Assembly: GCF_036365525.1 (NCBI RefSeq)
Contig: NC_090403.1
Span: 42,657,095 to 42,721,094 of the forward strand
Direction of reading: 5' to 3'
Source of the DNA: Heterodontus francisci
Lineage: Eukaryota
Length of the DNA: 64,000 nucleotides
The notes beneath the pieces are model-generated. The model was given only the letters and a program-made list of their open reading frames with translations, did not search any database and was not told where the DNA came from. Positions 1 to 12,989 of the stretch are shown one piece after another. The stretch's first letter is position 1. Every line of letters starts with the position of its first letter. Position numbers and translations under genes: made by a program.

Positions 1-71
1 AAAAACATCAAAACTCTGTATTCATACAGCCTTGTTGGTTCTAAAACGTTTGACCAACAAAGTAAGAAATG

Positions 72-425
72 CGGCACAGTGGCGCAGTGGTTAGCACCGC
101 AGCCTCACAGCTCCAGCGACCCGGGTTCAATTCTGGGTACTGCCTGTGTGGAGTTTGCAAGTTCTCCCTGTGTCTGCGTGGGTTTCCTCCGGGTGCTCCG
201 GTTTCCTCCCACATGCCAAAGACTTGCAGGTTGATAGGTTAATTGGCCATTATAAATTGCCCCTAGTATAGGTAGGTGATAGGGAAATATAGGGACAGGT
301 GGGGATGTGGTAGGAATATGGAATTAGTGTAGGGTTAGTATAAATGGGTGGTTGATGGTCGGCACAGACTCGGTGGGCCGTAGGGCCTGTTTCAGTGCTG
401 TATCTCTAAACAATAAAAAACTAAA
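72..425 (+). mobile_element. tRNA-derived V-domain SINE (HE1-like)
   Basis: A box TGGCGCAGTGG, B box GGTTCAATTC, V-domain core GTGGGTTTCCTCCGGGTGCTCCGGTTTCCTCCCACA, CR1-like tail, A-rich end; near-identical copies at 12990, 19305, 54824. Confidence 0.85.
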
Positions 426-439
426 CAATTACTGAGATT

Positions 440-540
440 AGCTTTCAGTTCCAGATTTTAAATCCCACCATGCTGGGATTTGAACCCATGTCCCCAGATA
501 ATTAGCCTGGACCTCAGCGACATTACTATTATGCCACCAT
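440..540 (-). mobile_element. Degraded head fragment of the tRNA-headed CR1 family
   Basis: Matches 17820-17955 (TTCCAGATTT...GGGATTTGAACCCATGTCCCCAG...TATGCCACC). Confidence 0.6.
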
Positions 541-544
541 CTCC

Positions 545-1030
545 GCAATGCTGGAGCAGCTGAAATTTCGGATGCTCAAGAGGCCAGAATTAGATGGGCA
601 CAGATATCCTGAATGATTGTAGGGCTGGAGGAAATCACAGAGATAGAGAGGGGCAAGGCAGTAGAAGGATTTTAAATCTAGGATGAGAATTTTAAAATTA
701 AGGCATTGCTTAACCAGGAGCCAATGTAGGTCAGCGAGCACAGGTGTGATGGGGAAACTGGTCTTGGTGTAAGTTAGGATACAGGCAGCAGAGGTTTGGA
801 TGAGCTTAGGGTGGAACAAAAGAGGCCAGCCAGGAGTGCATTGGAATATTCAAGACCAGAGGAAACAGAGCCATAGATGAGGATTTCAGCAGAAATGACC
901 TGAGGCAGGGGCAGAGTCACGCAATGTTATGGAGGTGGAAATAGGCAGTCTTAATGATGGTGCAGAAACCCAAATTTGACACCAAAGTTGTGAACAGTCT
1001 GGTTCAGCCTCAGACAGCTGCCAGGGACAC
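545..1030 (-). mobile_element. L2 LINE 3' fragment
   Basis: Minus ORF with PITPVLADLHWL..FKILIL..APLYL, typical of L2 ORF2 C-terminus. Confidence 0.7.
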
Positions 1031-1173
1031 AGTCTAAAAGAAATGAGTGCAGAGAACCATTCAGTATTTATAGCCAATATTCCTTTAACTTTGGTCACTG
1101 GGATCCTAATACAAGTATCACAGGTAGGTATACACAATAACTGATCCTTTTCCACTTTCTTACTGGATTCTAC

Positions 1174-1321
1174 CTGCTTCATCGTCGAATGTGATCACTG
1201 CAGAGCCCCCTCTAATTGGATACCGAATATATGGCTTTATGTCGAATTCTACTCTTAGTTGGTCATCTTCCAATACATTGCCAGTAAAAACCCATTGTTT
1301 CTGAGGCATCGAGGAAGAAAC
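1174..1321 (-). CDS. IFI35: IFI35 coding exon (148 nt); downstream exons lie left of the window
   Basis: cctgcag|GTT...GCAG|gtagaa; VSSSMPQKQWVFTGNVLEDDQLRVEFDIKPYIRYPIRGGSAVITFDDEA resembles IFI35/NMI 'VF.G...I..P...GSALITFDD' before NID1; synteny with RPL27/RUNDC1 favours IFI35. Confidence 0.85.
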
Positions 1322-3036
1322 CTGCAGGGATTTCAACAATGTGGGAAAGTGAATGTGATTGGCATAGGAAACAAGTAAGTGGCATTTGTGTAAACATATA
1401 TTAGCAATAACATGTGGACTTTAGACTATTAATACATACTGCCTGATATTAAATGGTTACTACTGGCCAGACTGTTGTTAATGGGTAATCTGTCTGAAGT
1501 ATTATCCATAAGGGCAGTCCCACAAAATAAGATGGTTCTTTATTTTGTACAAGATGAAGCAATAATAAGTCTTTTGACTAATACTCTCTCTGGACAATTC
1601 CTTCTTTTCAAACTAATTCACCATATAACTGTCAGAAATGTTAACTCCCCAAAATGCTTCCAGACCCACTGAGTATTTCCAGTATTTTGTCAACGCTCTT
1701 CAATTTCTTTTTCCCTTCCTACTGCCACTTCTTATTTTCTCTCAAGTCACCAGCCACAGGGTGGCCAAACAACCTACTCACAGGCCTCTGCCAGTGCTGT
1801 TCAGCTTTGGCAGATGAGACTCTCTCTTACCATATTTTGAACCTAATCAGTCCTTGGCATTTTAATGGTTATGGGTATGCCAGGCCCAACAAAAAACAGT
1901 GTGGCAACAATTCAGTATTTGTAGCTAATATTTTAACTCTGGTCACTCAGATTCTAACACCAGCATAAGCACCCGATCTTCACTTGATGCCTTCCCATGT
2001 TGGCACAGCTAGTGTTAGAACTTGAGGAAACTGGGAATATCAGCGTACATTAGATTTTTCAGAAATTTTTGAATAGAAGGAGACCATTTGTGCTGGAGCT
2101 ACTTCTGTCACCAGTGCTATCTACTCTAATCCCATTTCTCTACACTTTAATATGGTCCACTCCTCTTCATTCAAACTAGCTTAATGCTAATTATCTGATG
2201 ATGACTTTTTTATGTGTTGAATTACCATTTTGCTGTTATTTATATAACAACCCAAATTATTGGGTAATTCAATTTTTTACCCTCCTTTAACAAATTCAAA
2301 TCGTGAGTAGACTATTGCTTCAAATTTTTATCTAATGTTTCTTAAATGATGTGAACAAAACTGCTCCTTTATATATATTAGTTTAGTTTATCACCCCTTG
2401 TTCACCAATAAGTGGAAATAACCTTTCACCATTTACCGCTCCAAAACATCGCACAGTTTGGAACACTTCTATTAGACTCTTCTTTGACCTTCTGATCTTC
2501 TGTGCATCCTGCTCAATTTTCGCACTGTACTTCTGTAACACAACATACACTCCCAGGCATCTGCATATGCCACTTTGCAATGGACCCTAAAGAGGTGCCT
2601 TGCATGACTAATCTCCCAATCTGTCTACTCCCTCTCCAAGAATATTTGCACATTCGCAGATGATTCCTGTGGGATAATATTAGGATGCAATTGTCTTTTT
2701 GGGAACAGATTCAAATTCCTCACCTGGACACTTGAACTCTGTTCAATTGGATATGAGTTGGCAGAAGAGAACAAGAGCTTTTCAACATGGAAGCAACTAA
2801 GTCAGGTCTAGTGAACTCAAAGTTACAGCGTATTTATAAAGGCTGTGGCAGTTATTCAGCATGTGATGATAAAGCTCCCTCTAGCAGAGAGATGTCTAGG
2901 GTCATTATCCCAAGTGAGCCAGCGCGATACAACTGAATCTGAACATTGAGCAATAGTGATCCTAGATTGTAATTGCTTCTGGCTTTTTTTCCCCTCAAGT
3001 CTTTGAACACCTAACAGAACAGTATTGCCATCTTAC

Positions 3037-3153
3037 CTTGATCTGCTTCTCCAGCTCTGATCTTTCTTCTTCAAGCTTTGTTAACTTCTGCTTTATACTA
3101 CCATGCTCCTTCAGAAAAGTGTCATTCTCTGTCACTGCCTCATCCATTTGTTT
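3037..3153 (-). CDS. IFI35: IFI35 coding exon (117 nt, coiled-coil)
   Basis: ttttccccag|AAA...AAG|gtaaga; phase 0-0; KQMDEAVTENDTFLKEHGSIKQKLTKLEEERSELEKQIK. Confidence 0.8.
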
Positions 3154-3214
3154 CTGGGGAAAAACACACATGGATGGATAAAAATATTGAAATCATTAAG
3201 ATTGTTTGCAGCAC

Positions 3215-3645
3215 AAAGCAGGTGCTAGTAATAGGAACATAGGAGTAAAGGAACAGGAGAAGGTCATTTAGTCCCTTGAGCCTATTCCACCTTTCAATAA
3301 GATCATAGCTGATCTGTGACCTAACTCCATATACTAAACTACTAATCTCAGATTTAAAATTAACAATTGATCTAGCATTAATTGCCATTTTTGCACAAGG
3401 GTTCCCTTTGCGTGAAGAAATGTTTTCTAATTTCACTCCTGAAAGTCTGACCTTAATTTTTTAACTATGCTCCTTCATCCTATACTCCCCAACTAGCAGA
3501 AATAGTTTCCCCAATCTACCCTATCTGTTCCCCTTAGTATCTTGAAAACTTTGATCAAATCATCCCCTAACCTTCTAAATTCCAGGGAATACAACCCTAG
3601 TTGGTGTAATCGCTCTTCAAAATTTAACCCTTGGAGTCCAGGTCA
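3215..3645 (-). mobile_element. CR1 LINE 3' fragment
   Basis: CR1 3' end (GAACATAGGA..GATCATAGCTGATCTG..) shared with many copies in window. Confidence 0.65.
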
Positions 3646-3809
3646 AGATTCATGAGCTCAAGATTCATGTTTCTCACTATGTAGTGATTCTAACCAAGAG
3701 GTACATATGGTGGAAATCTCCTTACAGATTGGTCCTGTATTTTCTGAGAACTGAGCTTCTTTTATTCCACCAAAAGTAACAAGTATAAGGGTGCTGAGAA
3801 TAACAACAA

Positions 3810-4195
3810 AGACTTGTAGTTGTATAATGCCTTCAGTGCAATAAAGCATCCCAAGGCACTTCACTGGAGTGTCATAAAGCAGAATTTGACACTAAGCCAC
3901 ATAAGGAGATATTGGGGCAGATAACCAAAAGCTCAGTCAAAGAGGAGGTTTTAAGGAGCGTGTTAAAGGAGGGAAGAGAGGAGGAGAGGTTTAGGAAGGG
4001 AATTCCAGGCACGGCCGCCAATACAGGAGCAATTTAAATCGTGCATGGGCAAAAGGCTAAGATTGGAAGAGCACAGATATCTCAGAGATTGTAGGGCTGG
4101 AGGAGGTTACAAAAGTAGGAAGGGACGAGACCATGGAGGGATGTGATGTGAAAACAAGGATTAGAATTTTAAAATTGAGGCATTGCTTAGGTCAA
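3810..4195 (-). mobile_element. L2 LINE 3' tail
   Basis: Similar to 545-720 and 37400-37810. Confidence 0.6.
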
Positions 4196-5374
4196 TGAGC
4201 ATGCTTGAATTGGGGATCTTTGTGGCTAGGAAATAAGGTAACATCTGTACACTGGAGTGTCTTATTACCTTGTATGCATGTTGCAATATGGGTTAAATGA
4301 GTAATGAAGCATGAGGGCTGTACAGTGGCCTTCTCCTTGAATATTCATCCAAAGAAAGGCTAGAAATGACTTGATGATATTACCTACAAATATTTGTATT
4401 TCAATGATATTCTTCTGTCCCCTACTTTATTGCTTTTTTTATATAAATGAGTTAATACATCATCAAAATAGCACGCAGAGAAACACTACTGATTTTGTAA
4501 TATGCTCTGTATGCATCCAAGAGGCAGCTGGACTGGTCTTGACTGAGTCAGCAATTGTGTCATATAGAAGGTAAATGGATTAACAGATAACAAGTGCGTA
4601 GTCCATGTGATCTCCCGGACCTATTTCGATCGCCTGGGAGTGGGGGGGGCGTGGGAGCAAGGAATTTTCTATTGTTTATTTCCCCCTTATTGGCTCTGGG
4701 GTTTTTCTGGGGATTTTTTTTTCTCCTTTCCCAGGAGATTACACAGTGGCCGGCAGGTGGAGGTGGGGCGAGGTGGGTAGATCTAATAGAAGTGTCCAAA
4801 GGTTTGGAGCGATAACGGAGAAGTATCTAGTCATAATATTCCAGCCATATTGAGTGTGAGGCAGGCTTGATGGACCAGCTGATCTTTTCCTATCTGTCAT
4901 TTTCATTTGTTTGTATGTATGTGTGTTAAATGCTTGTCGGCTAATATCATCAACAGCAATTTCTAAACTAATATGCTTTTCAAAAGGAAATTAAACTTTA
5001 AAAAAAATCTTTCAGTTGCAGATCTTACAATTGGAACTACTGCCTTGGTGTTGTTTCTAAGGGTTGGGTTAACCTAATGGTTGCCATTGGCAGCCATACC
5101 TTCAGCTGCTAAAGCCCTAAGCTCTGGAATTCACTTAACTTCAGCCCCTATACCGGTCAATCGATGCAGTGCCTCCAAGTGGCCCAAAGAAACATGCAAA
5201 AAAATGCAAAGGAAAAATGCAGAAAAGAGACAGTATGTCCATCCCCGATTTAAATTGCTCCTCTAATGGTGGCCATGCTTCAGCTGCCAAGGACCTTAAG
5301 CTCCGGAATTCCCTCCCTAAACATCTCCTCCTCTCTTTCTCCTGCTTTAAGACACTGCTTAAAACCTACAGTCT

Positions 5375-6700
5375 TCAATTGATGGAAGGTGTCGTCGAGA
5401 GTGCTATCAAGTGGCACTTTGCTTAGCAATAACCTGCTCACTGACGCTCAGTTTGAGTTCCGCCAGGCCACTCAGCTCCTGACCTCATTACAGCCTTGGT
5501 TTAAACACGGAAAAAAGAACTGAACTCAAGAGGTGAGGTGAGAGTGACTGCCCTTGACATCAACGCAGCATTTGACCGAGTCTGGCATCAATTAGCCCTA
5601 GCAAAACTGGAGTCAATGGGAATCAGGGGAAAGCTCTCTGCTGGTTGGAGTCATACCTAGCGCAAAGGAAGACAGATGGTTGTTGGAGGTTAATCATCTC
5701 AGCTCTAGGACATCACTGCAGGAGTTCCTCAGGATAGTGTACTTGGCACAACCATCTTCAGCTGCTTCATCAATGATCTTCCTTCAATCTTAAGGTTCGC
5801 TGATGATTGCACAATGTTCAGCACCATTCGCGACTCCTCAGATACTGAAGCAGTCTGCGTAGAAATGCAGCAAGACCTGGACAATATCCAGGCTTGGGCT
5901 GATAAGTGGCAAGTAACATTTGCGCCACACAAGTGCCAGGCAATGACCATCTCCAACAAGAGAGAATCTAACCATCTCCCCTTGACATTCAATGGCATTA
6001 CAATCGCTGAATTCCCCACCTTCAACATCCTGGGGGGTTACCATTGACCAGAAACTGAACTAGAATAGCCATATAAATACCATAACTAGAATAGCAGGTG
6101 AGAGGCTGGGAATTCTGCAGTGAGTAACTCACCTCCTGACTCCCCAAAGCCTGCTCACCATCTGCAAGGCACAAGTCAGGAATGTGATGGGAATACTCTC
6201 CACCTGCCTGGATGGGTGCAGCTCCAACAAAACTCAAGAAGCTCAACACCATCCAGGACAAAGCAGCCTGCGTAATTGGCACCCCATTGACAAAAAACAT
6301 TCACTCCCTCTGCCACCGACGCACAGTGGCAGCAGTGTGTACCATCTGCAAGATGCATTGCAGCAACGCACCAAGACTCCTTCGACAGCACCTTCCAAAA
6401 CCACCTCTACCATCGAGAAGGACAAGGGCAGCAGATGCATGGGAACACCACCACCTGCAAGCTCCCATCCAAGCCACACACCATTCTGACTTGGAACTAT
6501 ATTGCCATTCCTTCATTGGCGTAGGGTCAAAATCCTGGAACTCCCTTCCTAATGGCATTGTGGGTGTACCTACCTCATATGGACTGCAGCGGTTCAAGAA
6601 GGCAGCTCACCACCACCTTCTCAAGGGCAATTAGGGATGGGCAATAAATGCAGTCATAGCCAGTGATGCCCACATCCCATGAATGAATAAAAAAAAAGAA
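5375..6700 (+). mobile_element. 5'-truncated CR1-clade LINE (tRNA-headed family) inserted in an L2 tail
   Basis: RT motifs FADD, MQQDLDNIQAWADKWQVTFAPHKC; tail TCAAGGGCAATTAGGGATGGGCAATAAATGC..poly(A); L2 sequence at 5081-5370 resumes at ~6700. Confidence 0.85.
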
Positions 6701-7141
6701 ATCTTTTGATCATCTGTGCTAACATCCCCTTATGTGGCTTGTTGTCAAATTTTGTTTGATAACGCTCCTGTGAAGCAGCTTGGAATGTTTTACAATGTTA
6801 AAGACGCTATATAATGAAAGTTGTGGTTTTGTTTTAAGGCATCCATAAAAAATGCCCAGTTTTGTTTATTTTTAAAAAGCTGATCATTTTGCTGTTTTGC
6901 CAACATAAATGTTTTACCCACAAGTCCAGCACTGGCAGAAGTGCTTTGAATGTTTGTGATTCATGCGTAAGGTTTCTACATGTTATTATGTCCAGATCAT
7001 TAAAACAGGACGCACAGGTGAATTGCACAAGTAGGAAACATTATTGCTTCAACAGTTTAAAATTAAACTGACATGGTTTTCTAGTGCATAAAATGCGAAC
7101 AGTCATAAATAAAAACAAATACAAAGGACAAAATTGCCAAC

Positions 7142-7300
7142 CTGAAATTTTAAATCCTGATTTATTTTCTCTGATTTGTTATCCTCTATAGTTTGTTGAA
7201 GTCTTTCAATCCGGACACTATATTCCATTGCCGTCTTTCCTAGTTCACGCTTTGCTCTTTCCAAGTCAGCTATGTCTGTTAGCACAGAATCATGATAGGC
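7142..7300 (-). CDS. IFI35: IFI35 coding exon (159 nt, coiled-coil)
   Basis: cttaccag|GCC...CAG|gttggc; phase 0-0; AYHDSVLTDIADLERAKRELGKTAMEYSVRIERLQQTIEDNKSEKINQDLKFQ. Confidence 0.8.
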
Positions 7301-7694
7301 CTGGTAAGACAAAAAATGGTTAACTCCATCATCAACTTGTTGACACTTTGGAAATGGAAAATTGCAACTGTCACTCCATATTTTAAGAAAGCAGAGAGAA
7401 AGAGAGAAAGCAGAGAACTATGTCACTCATTTTTCCATCCGGTATTGGACCACGATTTAATACATATTGTTGTTACTGAGCTGCCTTTTCAGACTCAAAT
7501 GGCCCTTCCTGGTTTGGTCTCACTCCAATTTTCACTGAAGTTCAGAATGCAAGTTGTATATTTACCATAAGAAAAATATTAAAAAGTAGATTTCATGCTT
7601 CATCCTATTTCATTCCCCCATCCCCACTGTTATGATAATTCCTGTCAAAACCCACGCGGAATAAGAATTTTCCAGGTCACTTTGTGTGAGATAA

Positions 7695-8380
7695 GCGCAT
7701 TAGAAATAGGAGCAGGAGTAGGCCATATGGACACCTGAGTCTGCTCTGCTATTCAGTAAGATCATGGCTGATCTTCCACCTCAATTCCACTTTCCGCCCT
7801 ATCCTATATCATTTGATTCCTTTAGTGTCCAAAGATTTATCAATCTCAGTCTTGAATATACTCAATGACTAAGCAGCCATAGTCTTCTGGTGTAGAGAAT
7901 TCCAAAGATTCATAACCCTGTGAGTGAAGAAATTTCTACTCACCTCAGTTCAAAATGGTCAACTCCATATCTTGAGACCATGACCGCCAGTTCTAGAATC
8001 TCCAGCCAGGCGAAATACCCTCTCAGCATCTAACCTATCAAGCCTTCTAAGAATTTTATACATTTCAATGAGATTATCTCTCATTCTCCTAAACTCCAGA
8101 GAACATAGTCCCATTCTGCTCAATCTCTCCTCTTAAAACAGCCCTCTCATACCAGGAATCAATCTGACGAATCTTCCTTGCACCTCTAAAGCAAGTATAT
8201 CTTTCCTCAGGTAAAAACAAAACTCTACACAGTGCTCCAGCTGTGGTCTCTATCAGCTCTCTATCATTTCAGCAAGACTTCCTTACTTCATTACTCTAAT
8301 CCTCTTGCAATAAAGGCTAACCTATCATTTGCCTTCCTAATTGCTTGTTTTATCTGCATGTTAAATTCCTGTGAATTGTA
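7695..8380 (-). mobile_element. CR1 LINE 3' fragment
   Basis: CR1 tail (AGGAGCAGGAGTAGGCCAT..GATCATGGCTGATC) plus degraded ORF2 end. Confidence 0.7.
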
Positions 8381-8549
8381 ACAACATTATAGATACATTT
8401 GTGAAAGGGCATTTGTGGTTTCACTAGAAATACTCAAAACAAAGATATCTTCTCAAAGACATTTACGATGTTGCAACATACAGCACTCAGAGGAATTCCA
8501 ACTCAGAGAAAATGTAAACTTTGACTTTAAAATTTCACTTTAATCAGAC

Positions 8550-8639
8550 CTTGCGCTTTTCTATTTCCTGTTGGATCATTTTCAGCTCTGAGACATCATC
8601 CAGCACCAAGTTTGGGTTCAAGCATCTATTGAGGAAATC
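8550..8639 (-). CDS. IFI35: IFI35 coding exon (90 nt)
   Basis: tttctttttatag|GAT...AAG|gtctga; phase 0-0; DFLNRCLNPNLVLDDVSELKMIQQEIEKRK in frame with downstream exons. Confidence 0.75.
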
Positions 8640-8699
8640 CTATAAAAAGAAACAGACACACATGAAAGGTCCCACTCAAAACAGTTAATTGCTTATAAA

Positions 8700-9445
8700 A
8701 CTGTCACTTTAGCTTAGTTGGTAGCAATCTCACCTCTACCTCAGACATTGAGGAGTTCAAGACCCACTATTGACTTGGCCTGCAAATTAGGCTGATATCC
8801 CTATACTGTATTGAAGCACTGAGTGCTACATTATCAGAGGAGTTAACTTTTGCATGATAAACTGAGGCCCTTATCTGCTCAGGTGGACGTAATGTAAAAG
8901 ATCCCAAGGGACATTTATGAAATTAGACAATCAGCAGATTGTAAATCTGATTTTTCTTTGCACCATGAAAACAAAACAAAACTGCTTCCTGAAAACTTCC
9001 TCTTGCTAATTATTTTATACAGTTTTCAATAAATGATTCCCAATGCAGTTTAATTGGATAAAATCACGACCAATTTACAAAATAATTTGTATTCCCTATG
9101 ATCTAAGGTTGTATTCCAATTAGTTTAAATACAAAATCCATTTAAAGTGTTGCAAAAATGTTTCAATCTACACATGATTAATGAAAAAATTATGGAATGT
9201 ATTTTCACTGAACAGTTGGGTATCATGAGTTCTCCCGGTGCCTTGACCAACATTTCTTCCTCCAATCAAAAACAACAAAAACAGATTCTCAGGTCATTCA
9301 TCTTAAATGTCGCTTGTGGGAGCTTGCTTGTGTACACTGGAAGCAGTGTTTGCCTACATACCAAGCATGATTGTACTTTAAAGTGAATTTGTGAAGTACT
9401 TTGGGATGTTTTAAGGATGTGATAATGAGCTATGTAAATTCACTC
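8700..9445 (+). mobile_element. Degraded Deu-domain SINE (SacSINE1-like), in two pieces (8700-8915, 9215-9445)
   Basis: tRNA head TAGCTTAGTTGGTAG..AGTTCAAGACCC, core AAAAGATCCCA..GAGTTCTCCCGGTG; matches 49886-50330. Confidence 0.6.
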
Positions 9446-9475
9446 TATGTATCTAATTTTTGCTATCTTGCCCAT

Positions 9476-10368
9476 TGTCATGCTAGGCTCCCACCTGCCA
9501 AAAATGAAGCACATTAATTTTGTCATGAACATTGATTTTTAAACTGTTACTAGAGTAAAGGGAGGACTTGTTGAACAGATCAGCCGTGGCTGAAAAATAC
9601 ATTTGCCTATTAACAGACGGTGTTTGGAAGGACAAAGCAGCCATTCCCTGACATTCAACCCACAATGGGCTTTTGATCACCAGACATTGAAGGTGGGGGA
9701 GCTCTCATTCCAGATTGACTGCTAGGATGACCTAATACACAAATGAACATGGTCAAACCAGCTAGTCACATGACTAACCTGCTGGGCAATTTGAGTTTTT
9801 TGAATTTGCACAGTTTGGAGAGAAAGCTGTTTGTTCCTGGACTGAGATCTCTCTCCTGTCTGCTCCCATCTCTTTCTCACAAGCCTCTCAATCCACTGAA
9901 GACACATGAACCCCAAAAGAGAAAAGTCTCCTACAGCGAACAAGGTTTAAGAAGAATACTGGGCCCCAACAAAAAGCAAGATGTACCTGCAATCAAGGAC
10001 TCTACAGTGAGCTCAAAGACCCGTAACAAAAACTCTTCAGATATTGCCTCAAACCTTTCCACTTTATTTATTCTGTTCTCTTTCTGTCTCTATCTGCATG
10101 TGTGTATCGCATGTGCATGCTAGCGTGGGTGTGTCATGTATCCATAGGCGTTAACCAAATTAAAGTTTAAGTTTAATAAATTTCAACTTTTCTTCTTTAA
10201 ACCTGAGAAAGCCTGTTTGTGCTGGTTTCTTTGCCTTATAATTGGAAAGCAGTGGACAAGGATTCACCAAGGGGGAGCTAAAAACACAATGTCTTTAAAA
10301 TTAAACCTTGTTACAGTAAGACCAGGTGAAAAGGGAACCCTAGACTTCTTTCTCAATAGGTTATAACA
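9476..10368. mobile_element. Solo LTR (893 bp) with 4-bp TSD CCAT
   Basis: CCAT|TGTCATG...TATAACA|CCAT; homologous along its length to 62633-63654. Confidence 0.8.
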
Positions 10369-10544
10369 CCATTCAATACTGAACATCCTGCTGTGCATTT
10401 CTAGCATTTTAAGTTTCTTCAAAAATGTGGTTTCTAAATTTTTTTCCCTTTTGAAAGCACAATGTTATCATGTCAAACAAAGTGAAATACATCACTTGCG
10501 GGTGATTCCTGGTCTATGCTGAGTTACTGCGTCAATTCAATCTC

Positions 10545-11050
10545 AGGAAAGATATATTTTCCTTGGAAGGGGTACAACGTAGATTGACAAGAATGATACC
10601 AATGCTTAAAGGGTTAAGTTATGAGGCTAGGTTGCATAAACCTGGTTTGTATTCCCTTGAGTTTAAAAGGTTGAGGGATGATCTAATCATGGTGCTTAAG
10701 TTGAAGAAGGAATCTGATCAGGTAGATGCAGTGAAACTAATTCCTCTGGTGTGAGAATCCTGAACAAAAGGGCATAATCTTAAAATTAATACTAGGCCAT
10801 TTAGGACTGAAATGGGGAAGCACTTTTTCCACACAAAGGTAGTGGAAATCTGGAATTCGCTACCCAAAGGACTGTGGATGCTGGGTCAATTGAAATTTTC
10901 AAGACTAAGATTGATAGATTGTTATTAGGTAAGGGTATCAAGCGATATGGAGCAAAGCCAGGTAAATTGAGTTGTGGTACAGATCAGACATGATCTAACT
11001 GAATGGTGCAACAGGCTCGGAGGGCTGAATGGCCTACTGCCTATGTTCTT
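10545..11050 (+). mobile_element. CR1 LINE 3' fragment
   Basis: EGVQRRLTRMIPMLKGLSYEARL..LYSLE..RLRDDLI, CR1 ORF2 C-terminus. Confidence 0.8.
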
Positions 11051-11083
11051 TTCTCACAGTGACTAAAATTGTAGGCCACTCAC

Positions 11084-11092
11084 CTGTTGCAT
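11084..11092 (-). CDS. IFI35: Candidate IFI35 start micro-exon (27-nt exon 11110-11084, encodes MQQ)
   Basis: ttttttctcag|GAGGGTGAGCTTGCATAG ATG CAA CAG|gtgagt; phase 0 matches the 8639 exon; no homology support. Confidence 0.45.
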
Positions 11093-12989
11093 CTATGCAA
11101 GCTCACCCTCCTGAGAAAAAAGGGCGCATCAGACATTTGTGCTGAGGGTAATAGTATGCCTATCACTACAGTACAAAAATTTTATAAAATCTTGACTCAC
11201 GTGGTGGGATTGCATGATGAAATTTATGGAGTCTCAAGGTTGCAAACCTGTTACAAAAACATAAAGGTACACATTAAATTCTTGCAGGAAGTTTTTCCAA
11301 TGTGCTGATGCCAACTGTGGATATGAGTACAGACCAGTGATTATATTTTACTGTCTTTGCTATTGTTGGTGAAAAAGTAGATGTAGGAATGAAGCAGATT
11401 ACTGTCATACAGTCATATTGATGTTTTCACCAACATTATTGTTGATAATGTTTTATTGATAGATTCTTGTTAAACAGAAGCATTAAGGGATATGGGGCAA
11501 AGCGGAGTGTGTGGAGTTAGGTCACAGATCAGCCATGATCTTACTGAATGACAGAACAGGCTCAAGGGGCTTAAATGGTCTACTCCTGCTCCTCTGTTCC
11601 TTCACTTGTCATTAATACAGGCTAATTGTACCTTGAGTTACCCTCCCCCAATTTTCTCCTCCTTTCATGAAGGACCACAGACTTAGCCATTGAGGGAACT
11701 CTGGCAAGTGTGATAGAATATTGTCATTGACACTGTCCCAGGTCTGTGATTCATCCAGACCTTCTACAGCTGTAAATCTTAGTTATTTCAAATTTTGAGT
11801 GATTGTGACAGATTCTACACAAACTGCAGCTCCCAGTTTTTAATCCCATGAATGGCGATTTAAAGTATTTGATTCCAATGTGGTTGAACCTGATAACTGT
11901 GCCAGTGTTTGGAGGACCTGAGTTCAAAACTCAGCCTGGAGCACCACTGAATTTGTCTATCCCTCTATACCCATGTTTTGCAAGTTCCTAGCCAGATAAC
12001 TTGGCAATGCACCTAATCAAAGTAGGGTCTCCAAGAGAGAAAGGGGTCTCTAACACATTCAGTGAATGTTGAAAGACCTGAGTAGAGTTTCAACAGCATC
12101 ACAGGAAAATTACACAAATGCTTCCATTAAATGCTCAAAGATTAATTTTGATTTTAAAATTTGATGTGTATCTTGCACAACTTAATATTAATCAAGCCTT
12201 GAATTTACACAGTTTCTTATCAAGAGAAACTTGACTTCCAGGTTATTCATCTGCAAGGTGGTAGGACTGGAAAGATTCAACAGAGATTACGATATTTAAG
12301 ATCTCATTTAAGAAGCTAAATTTTGTTTCCAAAAACACAGCACACAAGATTATTGTGCACTGCCAATAATTTCTATTACATTCAAACATAAGAAAACCAC
12401 TGCACACTTTAGTGTACACAAAAACAACGATAATACAACTAATAGCAAATAACTTACAATAGTGTGAACACTTTTGTTCCCATAATATTAACGGTAGCAT
12501 TTAATCCATGAAGTAAACATTGTCTCCCAGTATTGGTAACGATCCATGTGGTATTACAAAAAGTCATGTAACTGGGGGATATTTTCATACTTTACTGGAT
12601 GTAATCAAATGGATTAAGAAAAGAAATACCTAATGTACAGTATGGCAATATTGACAATTACCAACAGGGCCCAACTCGATTGTTCGGTTTCTTTTGACAG
12701 ACATTTCTCCTCCTTGCTTCCCTATGTTTACATAAAATGTGCTTGCCCTAAGCTGAATTGGACGGTGTTACAGTGGTACAATGTAAAATTATTATTCTTT
12801 CTTAGTTTCTTTCAAAATGTTCACCAAATCAAGCCTGCCCAAAAGTGAGTCATCGAGCCATACATACCAGGAGGTTCCATCTGGTCCCTGGTTTCTGCTT
12901 GATCACAGCTGGGCTTCAGTGTCCCTGGTTTTGGGAGGACAGGATGTCCCAAGGAGCATATTCCCAATTGTTATCCAGAGATCCCCAAT

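Noticed and set aside
72-145. tRNA gene
   Set aside because: A/B boxes run straight into a SINE body repeated four times in the window; it is a SINE head
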